Positions 54,082 to 58,407 of a stretch of DNA of 58,407 bases are shown piece by piece; within the stretch, counting starts at the first letter, position 1; each line of letters starts with the position of its first letter. Source of the stretch: an uncultured Chloroflexota bacterium (lineage in GTDB: Bacteria > Chloroflexota > Limnocylindria > Limnocylindrales > Limnocylindraceae). Both the position numbers and the translations under genes were made by a program. The stretch is taken from the NCBI GenBank assembly GCA_903864185.1, contig CAIPEX010000009.1, forward strand, positions 110,281-168,687, given 5' to 3'. Below the pieces are notes generated by a model, which was not told the origin of the DNA, did not search any database, and worked only from the letters and a program-made list of their open reading frames with translations.

Positions 54082-55964
54082 GCGTCCTTCTTTGCGCCGG
54101 TTACCCCACCTGTGGGGCGACGCACCGAGAGGCCAAGATCACTCCACTGTGAAGGGTCTGGCTCCGAAGGCGCCTCGAGCATCAGGTCGCTCCCCGACTG
54201 TGTTTTCGGGAAGGCCATCACTTCACGAATGTTCGTCTGGCCTGCGAGGAGTGCGGCCCAGCGCTCAACACCAATCGCAATGCCACCATGCGGCGGTGCG
54301 CCATATTCAAAGGCGTCAAGGAGTGCACCAAACTTCGCGCGCGCATCGTCAAGTGAGTGACCCATCAGCGCAAAGGAGCGCTCGAGAAGTTCGCGATCGT
54401 GGATCCGAATCGAACCGCCGCCAAGCTCCCATCCATTCAGCACGACATCGTACTGTTGCGCAAGTGCTCCACCCGCCGGGTCGCCTGCACTACGACGTGC
54501 GAGGTCTCCCGAGCTCGTCGTGAGGAGATCGCGGTGCTCTGGCACTGGTGCACTAAATGGATTATGCGTCGCATCCCAACGACCAGATTCACTCTCCCAC
54601 TGATACATGGGGAAGCGATGCACCCAGCAGAACGCGAGGATATCGGGGTCGGCAAGGCCGATCTCCCCTGCAACCTCAACGCGCAGGCGGCCGAGTACCT
54701 CCGCAGAACGCACGCGCTCGCCAGCGACAATCAGCAGCAGGTCGCCACCAGCTGCGACGGTTGTGCCGCCAGTAGCCGACCAGAGTGCGGTCGTTGCCTC
54801 AGCACTAAGGAATTTCGCGATGGGTGATCGCACCTCACCGTCCTCTTGCAGGCTGATCCAGACGATCCCGTCGGCACCATATCGCTTCGCACGCTCAGTA
54901 AGATCGTCGATCTGTGAACGGGCGATACCACCGAGTCCAGGAACACGAATTGCGCGCACCCTGCCGCCAGAGGCGCGGGGCGCATCAAACACCTTGAACC
55001 CTGTTGTGGCGGGGAGTGCAGCACCAAGGTCAATCAGCTCAAGACCGTATCGCAGGTCGGGCTTATCTGAACCATATCGCTCGAGTGCCTCGTCGTAGGT
55101 GAAGACAGGGAACGGGAGCTGCTGAATCGGCCGATCTGGCCGAGTGCGCTTGGTGACGTTAATCACCATCTGCTCAACAAAGCTGCGAACGCCACCCTCA
55201 TCGACAAAGCTCATCTCAAGGTCGAGCTGCGTGAATTCAGGCTGGCGGTCACCTCGCAAGTCTTCGTCGCGGAAGCAGCGTGCGATCTGGAAGTAGCGAT
55301 CGAAGCCAGCGACCATGAGTAGCTGCTTCATCTGCTGCGGCGACTGCGGCAAGGCGTAGACGCTGCCGGGCTGCAAGCGTGATGGGACAATAAAGTCTCG
55401 TGCCCCTTCTGGCGTGGACTTAATCAATATTGGCGTCTCAACCTCAACAAAGCCGTGGGCGTGGTGCACTTCACGGATCGCTTGAACCATCTGGCTGCGC
55501 AACAAGAGTCGGTCCCGCAGCGGCTCGCGACGTAGGTCGAGATAGCGATGCTTCAGGCGAACGCTCTCATCAATTGGTGCATCGGGCTCATTGATATAGA
55601 ACGGCGGGGTCTTCGCGCGCGAGAGGACCTCCACCTTCGTGCCAGCTACCTCGACCGCCCCTGTTGGGAGCTTCTCGTTCTCCGTACCTGCGCGGCGAAG
55701 GGCAACGCCTCCCTCGACGGAAATTACCCACTCGATTCGCGCATCGGTCAGCGCTGCATGTGCCTCTGGCGCGACAGCAGCATCAACCACAACTTGGACG
55801 ATCCCGTAACGGTCTCGAAGATCGATAAAGACGAGGCTCCCATGATCGCGTCGGCGGTGGATCCAGCCGGCCAGGCGCACGACACGCCCAGCATCGCTTG
55901 CGCGCAGGGAGCCGCACACGTCACTTCGATAGCGTGTCTGGAGTGCGTTCGACAGTTCGCTCAT
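54078..55964 (-). CDS. aspS: aspartate--tRNA ligase (bacterial type with insertion domain)
   Basis: OB-fold N-domain (LAGWIHRRRDHGSLVFIDLRDRYG) and class II motifs (QSPQQMKQLLMVAGFDRYFQIARCFRDEDLRGDRQPEFTQLD; GGGSIRIH; PPHGGIAIGVERW). Confidence 0.95.
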   Translation of the reverse strand: MSELSNALQTRYRSDVCGSLRASDAGRVVRLAGWIHRRRDHGSLVFIDLRDRYGIVQVVVDAAVAPEAHAALTDARIEWVISVEGGVALRRAGTENEKLPTGAVEVAGTKVEVLSRAKTPPFYINEPDAPIDESVRLKHRYLDLRREPLRDRLLLRSQMVQAIREVHHAHGFVEVETPILIKSTPEGARDFIVPSRLQPGSVYALPQSPQQMKQLLMVAGFDRYFQIARCFRDEDLRGDRQPEFTQLDLEMSFVDEGGVRSFVEQMVINVTKRTRPDRPIQQLPFPVFTYDEALERYGSDKPDLRYGLELIDLGAALPATTGFKVFDAPRASGGRVRAIRVPGLGGIARSQIDDLTERAKRYGADGIVWISLQEDGEVRSPIAKFLSAEATTALWSATGGTTVAAGGDLLLIVAGERVRSAEVLGRLRVEVAGEIGLADPDILAFCWVHRFPMYQWESESGRWDATHNPFSAPVPEHRDLLTTSSGDLARRSAGDPAGGALAQQYDVVLNGWELGGGSIRIHDRELLERSFALMGHSLDDARAKFGALLDAFEYGAPPHGGIAIGVERWAALLAGQTNIREVMAFPKTQSGSDLMLEAPSEPDPSQWSDLGLSVRRPTGGVTGAKKDA

Positions 55965-57241
55965 TGACCCCCCTGTGTGCGTGCAAGCTGCGCTGCTGCA
56001 GATACAACCATTGCGCGTGCGCCCGGCTCTGCTTGGCTGCCAGCTGCGAGGTCCCTCAACGAGAGGGAGCCGTCTGGTTCAACAATGATGACGGCGATCG
56101 CGGTGTCGCGCACAGCAGACTCAAGCTGCTTGCCAATCTTCCGCGTGCTCACATCGGCGCGCGCCGAAACGCCTGAAGCCCGTAGCTCTGAGGCAATCGC
56201 AATGCGCATGCCGACCGACCCTGGCTCGATACCGCAAACCACCACTGCAGGGGGTCGCTGCGGCGCAGGGGTAAGGCCACGTTCTTGAAGCGCAAGGACC
56301 ACACGGTCGATACCGATCGCAAACCCGACCCCTGGCGTCGCGGGGCCACCGAGTAGTTCGACGAGCCCGTCGTATCGTCCACCACCGCCGAGCGCGCCCT
56401 GCTGTCCCTGTTCGCCCGGCAAGAGGTACTCCCAGGCGGTCTTCGTGTAATAGTCGAGCCCGCGCACAAGATGGGGCGCATCAACAACCGTAACGCCGGC
56501 GATGCTAAGCCCCTCCCGAACGGCACGATCGTGTTCGGCGCAGTCAGCGCAGAGATGCTCAACGAATCGCGGGGCCCCCTTTGCATGGGCAACCGCAACC
56601 TCGTCTTTCGAATCGAGGAGGCGCAGCGGATTCTCCTCCAGCCGAGCCTGATCGACGGGAGAGAGACGATCTGCCACCGCGGCAAAATGTTTTGCGAGAA
56701 CGACGAGGTAGCCGGGGCGGCAGGTTGGGCACCCGACAGAATTGAGATGCACCTCAATGTCGCGGAGGCCAACAGACCGAAGGTACGCAGTACCGAGCTC
56801 GATCACTTCAATATCGATCCCTGATCCTGCGTCACCGATCGCCTCAATGTCGAACTGCGTGAACTGACGATATCGACCCTTCTGCGGTCGATCGTGGCGG
56901 AAGAGTTCGGCTACCGTCACGAGCCGAACCGGTTGCGGTTCAGAGCGCATGCCGTGCTGGAGGTAGGCACGCACAACGCCAGCGGTAACCTCTGGGCGGA
57001 GTGCAAGCGGCGTTGACTCCTCGCTACGAACCGCCAGCCGATAGAGCTCCTTTGTCACCACATCACTCGTACCACCGATCGCCCGCTCAAAGAGGGCTGA
57101 ATCTTCTGCGACTGGCAGCTGAATGCGCGCATAACCAGCGGCGAGTGCGGCTGACCAGGCGTGCTCTTCTGCCCATGCGAATGCCGATGCGTCCGGCTCG
57201 CGGATGTCGCGGAGCCCGCGTGGCGACTGGAAGCCGCTCAC
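55961..57241 (-). CDS. hisS: histidine--tRNA ligase
   Basis: PRGLRD, LRPEVTAGV, RYRQFTQFDIE and GGGGRYDGLV motifs, with an anticodon-binding C-domain. Confidence 0.95.
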   Translation of the reverse strand: MSGFQSPRGLRDIREPDASAFAWAEEHAWSAALAAGYARIQLPVAEDSALFERAIGGTSDVVTKELYRLAVRSEESTPLALRPEVTAGVVRAYLQHGMRSEPQPVRLVTVAELFRHDRPQKGRYRQFTQFDIEAIGDAGSGIDIEVIELGTAYLRSVGLRDIEVHLNSVGCPTCRPGYLVVLAKHFAAVADRLSPVDQARLEENPLRLLDSKDEVAVAHAKGAPRFVEHLCADCAEHDRAVREGLSIAGVTVVDAPHLVRGLDYYTKTAWEYLLPGEQGQQGALGGGGRYDGLVELLGGPATPGVGFAIGIDRVVLALQERGLTPAPQRPPAVVVCGIEPGSVGMRIAIASELRASGVSARADVSTRKIGKQLESAVRDTAIAVIIVEPDGSLSLRDLAAGSQAEPGARAMVVSAAAQLARTQGGQ

Positions 57242-58407
57242 TGCCGCTGCTCCCGCGAAACGCTCCGTACGCCACGAATGCGCTCGATTCGCGCCATCAG
57301 TCTGGCCAACTCGCTAATGGAGCTGACCGCGAGTGTTGTGAGCACTTCGGCGCTCGAGCCACTCGTCGTCTGGACGCTCGCAGAGAGGATGTTAACGCGC
57401 TGGTCTGCAACAACCTGCGTGATATCGGAGAGGAGGCCAGTGCGGTCGCCCGCCTCAATCCGAATCGTCACCGGATAACTCTCAGATGGGGCAATTGCCA
57501 TCTCCCACTCCACATCGATCATTCGCGAGGCCTCACGAGCAGACAAGGCGGCATCGCAACTCGCTAGATGCACGGTAACCCCTTTTCCGCGAGTAATGAA
57601 GCCCACGATCGGGTCGCCGGGGACGGGGCGACAGCAACGGCCGAAGCGTGTCAGCAGGTCGGGCACCCCCTTCACGCGAATCGCGCCAGTGCGCTCGATC
57701 CCCACCGCAACTGTCGATGCTCCCGCAAAGGGAAGAATCGCCTTTGCATCGTCTGCTGCAACGCCGAGGCGTGAAACAACCTGCTGTGCACCGACAGCAC
57801 CGTGGCCAATGGCAGCGTACAGATCGTCGGCCGTGCCCTGGTTCAGTTGTCGTGCCACCTCATCGATACGTTCACGTCCGATGACATCAATCGACGTGCG
57901 GGCAAGTCGGCGAAGTTCGCGCTCAAGCGACTCTCGACCGTGCACGATATTTTCGCTCCGCTCCTGCTGCTTGAACCACTGGCGAATCTTATCGCGGGCC
58001 TGGCGTGTCCCAACGATGCTGAGCCAGTCACGACTCGGGCCATGCTTTCCGCGCGAGGTGACAATCTCGACGATATCGCCCGACTTCAACCGATACTCCA
58101 GTGGCACGAGCCGATTGTTCACTTTTGCGCCAATGCAGCGGTGCCCAATGTCGGTGTGAACGAGATAGGCGAAGTCAAGCGGGGTTGCGCCACCGGCAAG
58201 TTCCTTGACATCGCCTTTCGGCGTAAAGACGTACACCTGGTCTTGGAAGATGTCGACGCGAACGCCTTCGAGGAATTCGGTTGCATCAGTGACATCGCGC
58301 TGCCATTCGAGTAGTTGGCGCAGCCAGGCGAGCTTTGCGTCGTATGCCGCGTCGGGGCGAACGCCGTCCTTGTAGCGCCAGTGTGCTGCAATGCCGACCT
58401 CTGCAAC
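57238..58407 (-). CDS. relA: RelA/SpoT-family (p)ppGpp synthetase/hydrolase, C-terminal part (5' end beyond the window)
   Basis: The frame is open from the window edge (VAEVGIAAHWRYKDG...). It has a TGS domain (VYVFTPKGDVKELAGGATPLDFAYLVHTDIGHRCIGAKVN), a zinc-finger-like CC region and a C-terminal ACT domain. Confidence 0.9.
   Translation of the reverse strand, partial: VAEVGIAAHWRYKDGVRPDAAYDAKLAWLRQLLEWQRDVTDATEFLEGVRVDIFQDQVYVFTPKGDVKELAGGATPLDFAYLVHTDIGHRCIGAKVNNRLVPLEYRLKSGDIVEIVTSRGKHGPSRDWLSIVGTRQARDKIRQWFKQQERSENIVHGRESLERELRRLARTSIDVIGRERIDEVARQLNQGTADDLYAAIGHGAVGAQQVVSRLGVAADDAKAILPFAGASTVAVGIERTGAIRVKGVPDLLTRFGRCCRPVPGDPIVGFITRGKGVTVHLASCDAALSAREASRMIDVEWEMAIAPSESYPVTIRIEAGDRTGLLSDITQVVADQRVNILSASVQTTSGSSAEVLTTLAVSSISELARLMARIERIRGVRSVSREQRQ

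Noticed and set aside
1-58407. CRISPR arrays, insertion sequences, integrases flanking islands, prophage or defence-system genes, and toxin-antitoxin pairs.
   Set aside because: I saw no direct-repeat/spacer periodicity and no transposase or phage-like ORFs. The only tyrosine recombinase is a XerC/XerD-type enzyme embedded in core synteny next to recN and scpAB. Essentially all sequence is accounted for by housekeeping genes.

Overview
This window is a compact, high-GC stretch of bacterial core chromosome. I call about 58 protein-coding genes and 3 tRNAs, and coding or RNA genes cover nearly every base. Most genes lie on the minus strand. The content is housekeeping: DNA repair and recombination (ruvABC, mutS2, recN, xerD, xseAB, ruvX), six aminoacyl-tRNA synthetases (tyrS, pheST, thrS, alaS, aspS, hisS), translation factors (infC-rpmI-rplT, efp, typA, der), isoprenoid genes (dxs, ispH), molybdenum cofactor genes (mog, moaC, moeA), chromosome segregation (scpAB), dNTP control (nrdR, dcd), a pseudouridine salvage pair, a CcdA/TlpA thiol-redox operon, a class A penicillin-binding protein and the 3' part of relA/spoT. 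Local gene orders such as pheST-cvpA-mutS2, alaS-ruvX-mltG, pepP-efp, xseAB-dxs-nadK-recN, scpAB-rluB-cmk and der-gpsA match conserved Firmicutes/Chloroflexi-type (Terrabacteria) synteny blocks. I found no mobile element, CRISPR array, prophage, defence island or toxin-antitoxin pair, and no convincing new multi-gene system. There is almost no unassigned sequence in which one could hide. The points worth a second look are these. (1) Two housekeeping genes, thrS and mnmA, are each split by a single frameshift in a short low-complexity run. (2) xseA has no canonical start for its conserved N-terminus, and a CTG overlaps the efp stop. (3) Several operon heads have a -10-like hexamer 6-7 nt before the start codon and no Shine-Dalgarno, which suggests leaderless mRNAs; one 9-mer, TGCTACGCT, occurs upstream of both infC and alaS. 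(4) All three tRNA genes sit 21-39 nt upstream of a same-strand CDS. (5) A roughly 31 kb one-directional gene array is stitched together by 4-nt stop/start overlaps. (6) All four convergent gene junctions have abutting or overlapping stop codons with no room for a terminator. (7) A few small or degenerate proteins have unknown roles. All coordinates and motifs were read by hand from the sequence; no database search was possible.
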